Made by a program: the position numbers and the translations under genes. A DNA stretch of 64,000 nucleotides, taken from contig MU054204.1 of the NCBI GenBank assembly GCA_013239625.1, positions 396,879 through 460,878 on the forward strand, given 5' to 3'. Below the pieces are notes generated by a model. That model ran no database searches. It was not told the origin of the DNA and saw only the letters and a program-made list of their open reading frames with translations. The stretch is from Lama guanicoe. Taxonomy: Eukaryota. Of this stretch, positions 1 through 12,897 are shown piece after piece. The first letter of the stretch is position 1. Each line of letters opens with the position of its first letter.

Positions 1-817
1 AATAAGCTAAATTCGTGAATTTCTTTGCTGCTGCAATGACTAAAATATTTTTACATTCATTTTTAGCAGAGATATTCTTACTTTCCCACTGAGTGCAATT
101 TGTAATGGGATTTTTAAAATGCCTTACAAAAGGATGACAAACCCCTATCACTGAAGAAGTTGGATTTAAACATGGTTTAGACAGAAAGGTTAAATCCCAC
201 TATTAATACAGACAACTAACTTATATCACATGGAAATAGTACCCATTTTGTGCATGGTTCTGACATAGCCACAGGCTAAAGGGTTCTGGAAAAAAGTCTC
301 TCTCCTACTGGGCAATGTAAATCTTAAAAGACCATTCTTTGTAACTTAAATATGTTCCTTCATCCCAGATTTGTTCACTGCTGCTAACTGAGTAAAACAA
401 CATGGTTTGAATTCCCATTTTTCTCCCAGCTACTGATTTTCCATCTAAAAAATATAATTAATGGAACTCACTTCCTCAGGTGCTGAGCTGGTCATATTTT
501 TTGCAGAGGAAATAATTTGGGAAAAGGCCATGAGTGAAAAGTCTTTCCAACTTGAAAATGCATTAGTTTAAATGTGAATAAGTCAAAGTACTGGAAAAAT
601 TAATCTGTACCCTGATCTGTCCACATTTTTTAGTTTGATAAAGGTAAAACAGCAGAACAAACCCATTAGTAGATACAGCAAATGATAGCTCCTAATTGGG
701 AAAAATCTCTTATTTGGCCTAAGCTTCAACAGCTACTGTTTGGCATCTCATAAATGATTGTATATTTAAACTTTAGAAACAGGAAACCTTTATTTTTCTT
801 TTAGAAAATTAGGCAGT

Positions 818-929
818 GGTCATTAGTTTATAAAAACCTTAAATAGAGTATAATCTATAAAGATACTGAATCACTATGTTGTACATCTGAAACTAATATT
901 GTAAATCAACTATACTTCAATAAAATAAA
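818..929 (+). mobile_element. L1 3' terminal fragment (L1MA9/L1_Art-like)
   Basis: Matches the typical L1 3' end: gagtataatctataaagatactgaatcactatgttgtacatctgaaactaatattgtaaatcaactatacttcaataaaa. Confidence 0.85.
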
Positions 930-1489
930 GACATTTTGGAGACATTGTGGCAGATCTGTAGGGAGTTATTAGAGTGAGATTGGAAATCAACTGGCAATCC
1001 CCCTGCCACAAAAAAAAATGAATAGGCAGTGAAGAGTGAGGAGTGGCAGATAGAAAAGGACTGTGGATAAATTATGTAATGCAATGCATTTAGAACATAA
1101 TTTTGGTCACATTCCCCCAGCCTGGTAGCTCTTAAGTAAGCCTGTGGTAAGAATCAGACAGTTACTAAAACCTTTTATAAACAAATCCAGTTTTAACAAA
1201 GCATAGCCTAAACCATGTCTGTTACTGAACAATCCAAAAATGAAGAAAACCACGTGTCTTCTGGACCTTGTTGTAATGGCGCTTAGACCCTTAAACCTAG
1301 AGCCATCTCTGCCCTCCCTCTGAGACTTAGTGTTGCTTTGTCAGGTCTGTGAAGGGGATAGTTTTATGATTATTAAAGAACCCTGCCTGGCTCCAGGCTC
1401 TGAGTACAGGGGTGCACATTACTGTACTTTCCACACCTGGCCCCCAAATGGCATACAAGACCACATTCCTCTAATTAGCCTCCCTGCCC

Positions 1490-1900
1490 ACAGGATAAAG
1501 TCCTGATTCCTTGCATACAAGGCCCTTTGTGATCTATTGCCTGTGTATCCATCTCTTCTCCAACTAGGACTCCAGACACCTCACAGTCATCCTTAACTCT
1601 AGCCAAGTCTCCAAACTTGCATGCAGTCTCATCCCTTTGTGCTTTCAGAGAGGTGGATTCCTCTCCCTGAAAATCCCTCCCCTGACTTCCTCCGTTTAAC
1701 TAATTACAGCTTGTCCTTTGGTGTCAAGTCAGATTTCACCTCTTTTGGAAATATCCCTTTTATTATCTTAATAAAGATTGTATGGTATTTGGGAAAGATA
1801 ATTCTTTATGCTTTTTGTCTCTCCCTTGAGGCTGTGGGCTTCTCCAGGGCAAAAAGTAATGTATACCACTAATACTTATCACAGTGGCCCATAGCTCATT
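1490..1900 (+). mobile_element. L2 LINE 3' region remnant
   Basis: Degenerate L2 motifs, e.g. ggataaagtcc...ccttgcatacaaggccctttgtgatct and tgaggctgtgggcttctccagggc. Confidence 0.55.
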
Positions 1901-2149
1901 GTAAACACTTCAAAAGTATGGGGTAGTAATATTTTATGAGAGGGATGCATTCATGAAGCCTCTACTGGGGGCTTCACAATCTGGAGATATTTTATGCTGG
2001 CTTAGTCTCCTCAACACAATTATTAAATGTTGGAATGTCTTGAAACCTAATTCTCTCCCCTCTTGTCTTCTCACTGTGTTCTCTCTGCCTCACCCTTCCA
2101 TCAGAAAACTCATCCATACCATGGTTACAGTTTACCTCCCTTATAAAGC

Positions 2150-2700
2150 TGCCTCCCAAATTTATATCTCTAGGTCACATCTTGGTTCCAAAGCTTTATA
2201 TCTACTTGGAAGGCTCAATGACATTGTAAACCCCATGTTTGAAACTGAACATGTGATCTTTCCTTCCCATAACTTGTTCCCTCCAGTGTTCTTTATATTT
2301 CCATGAATGATAACTCCTATCTTACCGAATAGGAAGGACAGACATCTTAGAGTGATCCTGGATACCTTCACCTTTCTTCCTTATCCCACCATCACCAAGC
2401 CCTGTCAATTTGATCTCCCAAATTTGTCTCAATCTAGTCCCTTCTATTTCCACAACTATTACCTTCTAAACCACAGCATTAGCCTGTTAGCTGCTTTCCC
2501 TATATCATCTCTTGCCTTCTATAGTCTATTCTCCATGCTATACACAGGGCAATCTTGCCAAAATTCAAATAGGACTATGTCACTCCTGCTTCTTAAGTCA
2601 TTTTAACATATTCCAAAGCCTATTCCATTGCCAATGAGGCTCTGCATGCTCCAATGTCTGAAGACCCATCACTTTGGCTTCAGCCTCATCATCTGGCCAA
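2150..2700 (+). mobile_element. L2 LINE remnant
   Basis: ctcccaaatttatatctct, catcaccaagccctgtcaatttgatctcccaaat and tatgtcactcctgcttcttaa resemble the L2 consensus. Confidence 0.65.
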
Positions 2701-3259
2701 ATCTGCTTTACAGGTTCACCTATGGCTTTGGCTCTTTATCCCAGGTTATTGAGATATAATTTAAATAAAACATTGTGTAAGTTGAAGATGTACAATGTGA
2801 TGACTTTCTACATGGATATATTCTGAAATATTTACCACAATACGGTTAGTTAACACATCCTTCACTTCATATAATTACTATTTCGTCATCATTGTTGTTG
2901 TTATGATGAAAACATTAAAGTCCTACTCTCACAGCAACTTTCAAGTATAAGATACAGTATTATTAATTATAGTCACTATGCTGTACCTTAGATCCCCAGA
3001 ACTTATTTATCTTATAACCAAAAGTTTACACCCTTTGACCAACATCTCCTCATTTCCCCAACTCCCCTCCTCCTGGAAACTACCATTCTACTCTTTATTT
3101 CTATTAGTTTGATGTTTTCAGACTCTACATGTAAGTGAGATCATATAGTATTTGTCTTTCTCTGACTGACTTCTTTCATGTAGCATAGTGCCCTCAAGAT
3201 CCATCCATGTTGTGGAAAATGGCAAGATTTCCCCTTTTTTGGCTGACTACATTATTTCA

Positions 3260-3262
<3 letters not shown>

Positions 3263-3293
<31 letters not shown>
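3263..3293. repeat. (CA)n microsatellite
   Basis: About 15 uninterrupted AC units. Confidence 0.95.
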
Positions 3294-3294
<1 letters not shown>

Positions 3295-4693
3295 TATAAA
3301 ATATATGTCTCATTTTGTTTATCCATCTATCCATCAATGAACTCTCAGTTTCTTTCCATGTCTTGGCTATTGTAAATAATGTTGCAGTGAACATGGGAGT
3401 GCAGACATCTCTTCAGGATAATGCTTTCATTTCTTTTGGATATATACCCAGAAGTGGGATTGCTGGATCATAGGATTGTTCTATTTTTAATTTTTTGAAG
3501 ATCCTTCATACTGTTTTCCAAAGTGACTGTGCCAAATTACATTCTCATGAACAGTGTACTAAGGTTCCCTTTTCTCCACATCCTCACCCACATTTGCTAT
3601 CACTTGTCTTTTTGGTAATAGCCATTAACAGACATGAGGTGATATCTCCTTGTGGTTTTGATTTGTGTTTCACTCATGATTAGTGATGTTGAGCCCCTTT
3701 AAATGTACTTGTTGGCTATTTGTGTGTCTTCTTTGGAGAAATGTCTATGCAAGTCCTCTGCCCATTTTTTAATTGGATTGCTTGCTTTTTGGCTGTTAAT
3801 TTGTATAAGTTCCTTATATATTTTGAATATTAATCCATTATCAGATATATGGTTTGCAAATATTGTCTTCCATTCCACAGGTTTCCTTTTCAATGTTGGT
3901 TGTTTCTTTTGCTGTGTAGAAGCTTTTTAGTTTGATGTAGTCCCACTTGTTTATTTTTGCTTTTGTTGTCTTTGCTTCTGGTATCAAATCCAGAAAAATT
4001 GCTGCCAAGACTGATTTCCAAGATGTTACCACCTATATTTTCTTCTAGAATTTCTATGGTTTCAGGTCTGAATAGTCCTTAATCCATTTTGAGTCAGTTT
4101 TTGTGAGTGGTGTAAGATAGAGGTGTCCAATTTCACCGTTCTGCATGTAACTATCCAATTTTTCCAGCACCATTTATTGAAGAAGCTATTCTTTCACCAT
4201 TGATTATTCTCGGCTCCCTTGTCAAACATTAGTTGACCATGTATGCATGGATTTACTTCTGGGCTCTTAATTCTGTTTAATTGGTGTAGGTGTATTTTTA
4301 TGCTAATACCATACTGTTTTGATTACTATAGCTTTGTAATATATTTGAAATCAGGAAATGTGGTGCCTTTAACTTTGTTCTTTCTCAAGATTGTTTTGGA
4401 TTTTGTGGGCTTTTTGTGGTTTCATATGAATTTTAGGATTGTTTTCTATTTCTGTGAAAAATACCACTGGAATTTTGACAGGGATTGCATTGACTTCTGC
4501 AGATGACTTTGGGTAGTATGGACATTTTAACAATATTAACTCTTCTGATCTATGAACATGAGATATCATTCCATTTATTTGTCTTCTTCAGTTTCTTTCA
4601 TCAATTTCTTATGGGTTTTGGTATATAGATATTTCACCTCCTTGATTAAGTTTATTTCTAAGTATTTCATTGTTTTTGATGCTATTGTAAATG

Positions 4694-4940
4694 AATATGT
4701 GGAATCTAAAAATACAACAAACTAGTGAATAAAACAAAACAAACAAAAAAAGCAGACTCACCAGTATAGACAACAAACCAGGAGTTACCAGTGGGGAGAT
4801 CCAAGAGGGGAGGGGCAACATAGGGAGTAGGGGAAAAAAAGGTTATTATGGGATTACATGAAATCATGTATGTGAAACTTTAAAAAATTGTAAATCACTA
4901 TAGAATTCAAAGAATCTTTCACTCAATAAGAAAAATAAAT
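4694..4940 (+). mobile_element. L1 3'UTR fragment in opposite orientation at the deletion junction of the host L1
   Basis: tatgtggaatctaaaaatacaacaaactagtgaat...gcagactcac...gttaccagtgggga...ttcactcaataagaaaaataaa. Confidence 0.8.
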
Positions 4941-5773
4941 CTATTTTGTCTGATGTAAGTATAATAAACCTGATCTCTTTTGGTTTCCATTTTTATCTAA
5001 TATCTTTTTCCATCCCTTCACTTTTAGCCTATGTGTGTCCTTGAAACTGAAATGAGTCTCTTATAGGCAACGTAGATAGCTGGGTCCTGTTTTTATTTAA
5101 TCACTAAGCCACTTTATGCCTTTTAATTGGGGAATTTAATCTATTTACATTCAAAGTAATTATTGATAGGTAAGGACTTACAATTGACATCTTATTATTT
5201 GTTTTCTGGCTGTTTTGAGGTTCCTTCATTTCTTTTTTCTTTTCTTATTGTCCTCTTTTTGTGAATTGATGATTTTTCATAGTAGTGTACTTTGATTCCC
5301 TTCTCTGTATCTTGTGCTCAGCTATTATAGCATTTTATTTTGTGGTTACCCTGAGGCTTATTGAAAATATTTTATTGATGTAATAGTCTATTTAAGCTAA
5401 TAACAACTTAATATTGATTGCATACAAAAACTATCCTTTTGCTCCCCTCTATTTTATATTTTTGATGTCACAATTGACATAGCCATTAACAAAATTTGTA
5501 GCTATTTTTAAAACTTTTGTCCTTTAACTTTTATACTAGAGTTATGTGGTCAACACACCACCATATTATAGTATTAAGAGTATTCTAAATCTGACTATAT
5601 ACTTACCATTAATAGTTTGTTATATATTTTCTTATGTTTTCATTTTACTAATTAGCATCCTTTCATTTCAGCTTGAAGAACTCTTTTTAGCATTTCCTGT
5701 AAGGCAAGGCAAGTCTGGTGGTAATGAACTCCCTTAGCTTTTGTCTTTTTGTGAAAGGCTTTAACCTCATCTT

Positions 5774-5864
5774 TGTTTTTTTTTTCAATGGAGGTACTGG
5801 AGATTGAACCCAGGACCTCATGCACACTAAGTACAAGCTGTACCACTGAGCTATTAACCCCTCT
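5774..5864 (-). mobile_element. tRNA-Ala-derived SINE (Vic-1-like), short form
   Basis: Reverse complement of tagctcagtggtacagc...gaggtcctgggttcaatctccagtacctcca plus poly(A); ctcatctt repeated on both sides. Confidence 0.85.
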
Positions 5865-5940
5865 CTCATCTTCATTTCTGAAGGACAACATTGCCTGGTA
5901 AAGTTATCTTGGTTGGCAGTTTTTTTTTCTTTCAGCACCT

Positions 5941-5980
5941 TGAATATATCATCTCACTCTTGAATATATCATCTCACTCT
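5941..5980. repeat. Perfect 20-bp tandem duplication
   Basis: tgaatatatcatctcactct x2. Confidence 0.95.
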
Positions 5981-8374
5981 CTCCTGGCCTTCAAGGTTTC
6001 TGCTGAGAAATCCACTGATAGCCTTACAGGATTCCCTCGTATGACAGAGATTTTTTTCTCTTGCTGCTTTTAAAATCTTTTCTCTATTTGATTTTAGACA
6101 GCTTTATTATAATGTTTCTTAGAGAAGATTGTCTTAGATAGAAATTATGAGGAGGTCTATTAACTTCATGAACTTGGATGTCCAAATTTCTCCCCAGGTT
6201 TGGGAAGTTCTCAAGCTATTATTTATTTAAACTCTCTCTTCTTGTCTCCTGGGACTCCAATAATGCATAGTTTGTTTCTTTTAATAGTGTCCCATATGTC
6301 CTGTAGACTTTCTCTTTTTTTTTCTTTTTGCTCATCTGAGTGAATAATTTCAAATGATCTGTCTTTGAGCTTGCTGATTTTTTCATCTGTTTGGTCCAGT
6401 CTGATGATGAAGCTCTCTGTTGAATTCTTCAGTTCAGTCACTGTATCCTCAACTCCAAAATTTCTGTTTGGTTCTTCTTTATGTTTTCTATCTCTTTATT
6501 GGGCTTATATTTTGTTTTTTTATTGTGTTCTGATTTTGTTAAATTGTTTATCTGTGTTCTCTTGTAGCTCTCTCAGTATCTTTAGAAAAATTATTTTGAA
6601 TTCTTTGTCACGTGATTCACAAACTCCATTTCTTTAGGGTCAGCTACTGGAAGTTTACTGTGTTCTTCTGGTGGTATCATATTTCCCTGATTCTTTGTGA
6701 TCCCTGTAGTCTTGCATAGGTTCCTCATGCTTGAAGAAGCAGTCATCTCTTGAAGCCTTTATGGACAGACTTTGGTAAGGAAAGGCCTTCACTTGTAAGT
6801 GGGGCATGCTGGAGCATGATGTGACCCTGGATCTAGTGGTACAGGGCACAAATGTGGGGGCATGTGGTGGCTCCAGATCTGAGGTGGTCGTGATGTCTTG
6901 TCAGCTCAGGATGCTGGGGTTCACAGCATCAATAAATTTGTGGTGAGTACTGTGGTGTTTTGCAATGCTACAAAGGATGTTGGGGTCCTCAGTTACACCT
7001 CCAGGTCTATCAACTAGGGACCAGGAAGGCAGTGGCAATAGCTGAAGCTGGTGGCATGCAAATGCTTGGCTATGGGGGCCAGCTTCAGGTGCCTGTATAG
7101 TGGCAGAGGCTGCTTGGAGACACACACACAGTGGTGGGTCCCAGGGCCAGCAGTAAGGGTTTGGGCCAACTGTGGGTTTACTGGGAACTTTGGAGGCCCT
7201 GGCTATTAGTGTGCACACCTGTGGCTGTAGGGTCTCCCCATGGTTGCACACACAGCAGTGGAGGCTGGGGAATGGAGTCGGTTGGAGTTATATTGGTGCA
7301 AAGCTGGAGGGGCTAGCTGCAGTTGAGCCCAGTGGTAGAGGCTAAAGACAGGAGACAGGACCAGAGCAGAGCCAGGTCCACAGCAGTTTCAGGGGTCCTG
7401 TCTGTTGGCATGCACTATAGTGGCTGCAGGGTCTCCACATGGGTCTGTTCACATCAGTGGATATGAGTGATGAAGGTCAGGCCAGGGGCTTGCAGGTGCA
7501 TAGCTGGGGGGGCAGGGGAAGGCCAGCTGCAGGTGAGCCCATTGGTGCTGGCCAGTGACTGGATATAGGACCAATTCTAGACCTATAAGCAGCTGTGAGA
7601 GCCTTGGCTGCAGGATCTTTCAATGGGCACAGAAACAGCAGTAGAGGCCAGAGATGAGAGGGACTAGCTCCAAGCACTCACATAGCAGTTAGGGCCATCC
7701 ACGGGGTCTAGGCTGGGTAGCTGGCATCTATGAATGCAAATACTTATGGGGCAAAAACCAGTGAAATCTGCAGGAGGTCCACAGAGGCTGTGCTGGCCAT
7801 TGGTTTCTTCAGGGGCAAAAACATGGTGTTCTCTACAGAGCAGGCCACTGGGAACCACAGTCTCTCCTGCTGCATAGCTAATACTGGTAGCCTGGTTTGT
7901 TCCTTGCCACATCTATATGTCTCACCTTTGCTGGTCTCTGGATGAGACGAAACTGAAATGGATCCTCCGTAAGGTGCCCCAAAAGTCTGGGGAAGCTGGT
8001 TACTCAACCCATTCGCCCTTTCCCTGCAATGAAACTCTTTCAAGCTGGGGAGTTACTTCTTGGCAGTAAGTAATTTGTCAGCTTGGGGGATGGAATGATG
8101 CAGGCAAAATGAAGCTGTTTTTCCTTCTCTCTTTATGTGGTTATTCTTAGGTTTTTTTGTTCCATTGTGTTGCTGAAGTTTCTTAAGTGGATTCCTATGG
8201 TCTCCAAGAGCTGTTTCTGTTTGTGGACAGCTATGTTATTGTTGATCTTTGTAGGAAAACAGAGGCTTGGTCTCCTACTTCACCATCTTGATGACATCAT
8301 TCCTTAGCTTTGGCTTTGATATTTGAAGACTGAATAGCCAATATATTCTTCAACTTTGAATTAATTGGCTTTTT

Positions 8375-9245
8375 TTTTGCAGCAGCAAATGGTTCCTAAA
8401 TTTCAGTGGCTTATGACAACAAACATTCCTATGTATCTTACATGAGGGCTAATGGTTAGTTACAGCTTCGCTGATTTGGCTGGGTTCAGGTGGCTACGTG
8501 AATCTTCTCACTCAGTGACCCAAGCTAAAGGAACTGCCAATCTCTTTGGCACACTCTCCTTTTGTTGAAAGGCTAAAGTTTGAGGGAGACAGAGCCAAAC
8601 CATGAAAGGGTATTTAAACCTTCTCTGATGTAGGGTATGCCATATCCACTATATTATCTATTGCTATATAATAAGTTACAAAAAACTTAGTAGCTTACAA
8701 CACATTTATTATCTCACATTTCTGTGGGTAGGAGTCTGGACATGGCTTAACTGGGTCCTCTGCTTAAATGTTTCACCAGCTACTTGCTTACTGTAAGCTG
8801 AAGGCTACCTTCATCCCCTAAAGGTTGTCCTCAGCTTCTGGAGGCTGCCTGCAGTTCTAAATGCTGTTTGCAGTTCTTAGAGACCGCCCCACATTTCCTT
8901 GCAATGTGATAATAGGGCTGACTACTTCATGAATCTATTAACAAGACTAGATCTTATGAAATGCAGTGTAATCATGGAAGTGTCATTTCATCACCTTTGC
9001 CATATTCTGTCAGTTAGAGGCATGTTACAAGTCCCACCCACACTCATGCACAAGGGCATGAACACCAGGAGGTGAGGATCATGGAGACTATTCTAGAGTC
9101 TGTACACCTCATCTACTTACATTCTATTGACTAAAGTAAGTCATGTATCTGGCCAATCCCAAAGACAATGGGGCAGTAAGGTATACTCTGTCTACAGGGT
9201 GGGGAAGGAATAAATTATTTTCAACATATAATACAATCTACCAAA
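8375..9245 (-). mobile_element. MaLR LTR (MLT1J/K-like) split by a nested MLT1F/G-like LTR
   Basis: aatttcagtggcttatgacaacaaacatt on the left; tacattctattgactaaagtaagtcatg...caatggggcagtaaggtatactc on the right. Confidence 0.6.
8651..9111 (-). mobile_element. MaLR LTR (MLT1F/G-like), nested
   Basis: cttagtagcttacaacacatttattatctcaca...ggcttaactgggtcctctgct...tcacctttgccatattctg...ggcatgaacaccaggagg. Confidence 0.75.
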
Positions 9246-9302
9246 AACTTAATTTCTGGCATTCTTAAGCTTGTGTGCAAATAATAATTATATGGTCACC
9301 TG

Positions 9303-9333
9303 TCATATTCATTAGCTATCATATTCATTAGCT
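9303..9333. repeat. 16-bp tandem duplication
   Basis: tcatattcattagct repeated with 16-bp period. Confidence 0.85.
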
Positions 9334-9374
9334 TAATAATGATAGAAATATAAACAAGGGAAGTCAGTAGGTCT

Positions 9375-11595
9375 TACCTCAACATAATAAATCAATAGCT
9401 AACATCATACTCAATGGTGAAAAGCTGAAAGCATTTCTTACAAGATCAGGAACAAGACAAGGTTGCTTGATCTAGCCACCTTTTCTCAACATGGTATTGA
9501 AAGTCCTAGCCACAGCAATCAAACAAGAAGAAGAAATCAAAGGAATACCAAATTGGAAAAGAGGTAATACTGACACTATTTGCAGATGACATGATGCTAT
9601 ATATGGAAAACCACAAACACTCCAACAAAAACTGTTAGATTAACAAATGAACTCAGTAAATTTGCAGAATGAACAATTAACATACAGAAATCTGTTGTTT
9701 CCCTAGACTAACAAAAAACTATGAGAAAGAAAAATCAAGAAAATTATACCATTTATAATTGCATCAAAAAGAATAAAACACCTAGGAATAAATCTAACCA
9801 ATGAGGCAAAATATCTGTACTCAGAAAAATATGACATTAATGAAATAAATTTAAGATGATGCAAATGAAAAGATATTTCATGCTTATGAATTAGAAGAAT
9901 TAATATTGTTAAAATGACCTAACTACTCAAGGCAATTTACAGACTTAGTGCAGTCCCTATCAAAATATCAATGGCATTTTTCACAGAACACATAAATAAT
10001 TCTAAAATTTGTGTGGAAACACAAAAGACCCCAAATAGACAAAACAACCTTGAGAAAGAAGAACAAAGCTGGAAGTAACATGCTCCCTGATTTCAGACTA
10101 TACTGCAAAGCTATAGTAATCAAAACAGTACAGTACTTGCACAAAACCAGATGCATAGATCGATAGAACAGTATAGAGAGCCCAGAAATAAACCTACACT
10201 TATATGGTCAATTAATCTATGAAAAATGAGGCAAGAATATACAATGGGGAAAAGATAGCCTCTTCAATAAATGGTGTTTGGAAAACTGGACAACTCCAAG
10301 CAAAAAAATCAAACTGAAATTATTTCTCACACCATATATAAAGTACTAAATGGATTAAAGATTTAAATGTAGGACCTGAAATAGTGAAACTCCTAGAGGA
10401 AAACATACAGTGTAGTGTGCACTCTGAAATAGGTCTTAGCAATATATTTTTTTAAATTTCTCTCCTCAGGCAAGGGAAACAAAAATAAAAATAAACAAAT
10501 GTGACTACATCAAACTAAAAAGCTTTTGCAAAGAGTAGGAAACTATCAACAAAATGTAAAGACAGCTTACTGAGTGAAAAAAAAGATATTTTGCTAATGA
10601 CATATCTGAAAAGGGGTTAATATCCAAAATACATAAAAAAGTCACATAACTCAACATCACAAAAAAAAAGCAACCCAATTAAAAAATTGGCAGAGAACTT
10701 GAACAGACCTTTTTCCAAAGAGGACATACAGATGGCAAAAAGACACATGAAAAATGCACAGTATCACTAATTATCATAGAAATACAAATCAAAAGTACAA
10801 TGCTATATCACCTCACACCTGTCAGAATGGCTATAATAAAAAAGGCAACAAATAACAAGTTTTGCTGAAGATGTGGAAAAAAGGGTACCCTCATGCACTG
10901 TTGGTGGGAATGCAAATTGGTGCAGTCACTACGGAGAACAGTATGGGGGTTCCTCAATAATTAAAAATCGATCTATCATACAATTTAGCAATTCTACTTC
11001 TGGGTATTTACCCAAAGGGGAAAAAACACTTGTTCAAAAAGATATATGTACTCTGATGTTCACTGCAGCATTATTTACAACAGCCAAACTATGGAAGCAA
11101 CCTAAGTGCCCATTGATAGATACAATGGAATAATAACTAGCCATAAAAAAGAATGAAATCTTGCCATTTGCTACAACATGGATGGACCTAGAGGGTATTT
11201 TAATAACTGAAATAAGTCAGAAAGAGAAAAACAAATACTATATGATTTCACCTACATGAGAAATATAAAAAATAAAACAAATGAACAAAATTAACAAAGC
11301 AGAAACAGATTCAGAGATACAGAAAACAAACTGGTGGCTGCTGAGGGGAAGGGAGTGGAGGGATGAGTGAAACTGGTGAGAGATATTAAGTGGAAACTTC
11401 TAGTTATAAAATAAATAAGTCATGGGGATGTAATGTACAGTATAGGGAATATAGTTAATAATATTGTAATAAATTTACATGACAGATGACTAGAATTATT
11501 GTGGTGATAATTTTGTAATATATAAAAATATCAAAACATTATGTCGCATACCTGAAACTAATATTATAAGTCAATTATACTTCAATAAAAAAATG
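9375..11595 (+). mobile_element. 5'-truncated L1 (RT C-half of ORF2 plus 3'UTR)
   Basis: ctatttgcagatgacatg (LFADDM, RT catalytic motif) at ~9577; ORF2 C-terminal motifs; 3' end aagtcaattatacttcaataaaaaaa; multiple stops and frameshifts. Confidence 0.95.
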
Positions 11596-11609
11596 AATAA
11601 AACAAGTTG

Positions 11610-11795
11610 GATAGCAAGTCTTACACATAATGTAATATATTCACAGGATTGACATTCCATCACCTTTGCCATATCCTGTTGGTTACAAGCAAGCCACAGG
11701 TCCTGCTCAAATTCAAGGGGAGGGGATTACACAGAGGTATGAATACCAGATGATGGGAATCTTAAGAGGCTTACCTCAAAATCTATTCACCACAG
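11610..11795 (-). mobile_element. MaLR LTR fragment (MLT1F/G-like)
   Basis: catcacctttgccatatcctgttggttacaagcaagccacaggtcctgctcaaattcaaggggaggggattacacag. Confidence 0.75.
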
Positions 11796-12133
11796 AGAGG
11801 CATGGTGGTGCCAGGTAGGTGACAAATGTTCACCTAATTCACAGTTTGGACAAATGCTGCTTGGCCAGGTATCATAAACAGTAATCAGCCAAAGCTAAGG
11901 CCAAACCCCCAAATTCTTATTATATATTGAAATTCTTGTATTCAAGAGTAAATTTGAAATTACATCAAAATGTTAATCATAAATTTATTATTTAAATGTT
12001 AGTAGTCAATTTTTTTAAGTTTATCATTGTAACCTGGGAACAAAATTTCTAAGTACTATCACACCGCCTACTGTTGATCTCTCCTTCAGAACATTTTTAC
12101 AGCCACAACTTTACATTTATTGGCATGACTAAT

Positions 12134-12197
12134 TAATTAATGTTTGAATATTATGCTAAACTGTAATTAATGTTTGAGTATTATACTAAACTGTAAT
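12134..12197. repeat. 30-bp tandem duplication (2 mismatches)
   Basis: taattaatgtttgaRtattatRctaaactg x2. Confidence 0.9.
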
Positions 12198-12594
12198 CTC
12201 CAGAAGAACAGGAGCGTATGTCCAGTTTTGGTTATAGTGGTACTTTTGGTAGAACAGAGTTCTTGGTTCCCCTCCATCTCCCTTGCTCCTACCTATCCTC
12301 ACCCTTCATGGGAAGGGAGATTGTTAGCATTATAAAAGTGTATCAAAATTATTCCTCAGAGGTGATCAGTAAATAGCAAGAGAGAGGTTTATGAATAAGG
12401 AAGTTCACTTTAAAATTTTTAATAATTGTGAAAATTTGGAAGCAACCTAAATATCCAACAGTAAGGGAATTATTCATTATAACATGATACATCTAATCCA
12501 TGCAGAAGGAATGGATACTATTCCTCTATTAGGTGATTACCCTTTCCAGAGACACAGAATACAAATGAGACTGCTGCCCAAGACTGGTTTCCTA

Positions 12595-12670
12595 GTAACA
12601 GTGTAGCGAAAAATTAATGTACTTTGGAGTTGAACAGACCTAGGTTCAAACTCTTTCTACCAATCTTGGA
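12595..12670 (+). mobile_element. MIR fragment
   Basis: gtgtagcgaaaa...actttggagttgaacagacctaggttcaaac. Confidence 0.6.
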
Positions 12671-12715
12671 TGGCCAAATGGAGGTCTGCCTTTCCTGAAT
12701 GAAGTTTGTCTAAAG

Positions 12716-12897
12716 CAGTGGTTTTTAAACTGGTCCTCAAAGCAGCAACAGTAGCATCACCTGGGAACATGTTAGAAATGCAAGTTTTCTAGTCTCAACC
12801 CAGACCTACTGAATCAGAATCTATGAGAATGGGGCCCAGCACGCTGTTTTAACAAGCCCTCCAAGTGATTCTGGCGCATGCTCAAGTATGAGACCCC
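12716..12897. mobile_element. MER5A (hAT-Charlie MITE)
   Basis: cagtggtttttaaact...gcatcacctgggaacatgttagaaatgca...cccagacctactgaatcagaa...ttttaacaagccctccaagtgattct. Confidence 0.9.

Larger units (their letters stand above)
2737..8305 (-). mobile_element. Formerly full-length L1 (L1MA9-age 3' end) with a large internal ORF2 deletion; retains 5'UTR, ORF1 and both ends of ORF2
   Basis: 3'UTR at 2745-3300; ORF2 C-terminal remnants (ORF track 3699-3893 [17 protein letters not shown]); ORF2 N-terminus ~4940-5170; ORF1 remnants (6223-6441 LQDIWDTIKRNKLCIIGVP); GC-richer 5'UTR ending in caagatgg (minus strand) near 8290; gctttggct at 2725-2733 and 8307-8315 as TSD core. Confidence 0.85.
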
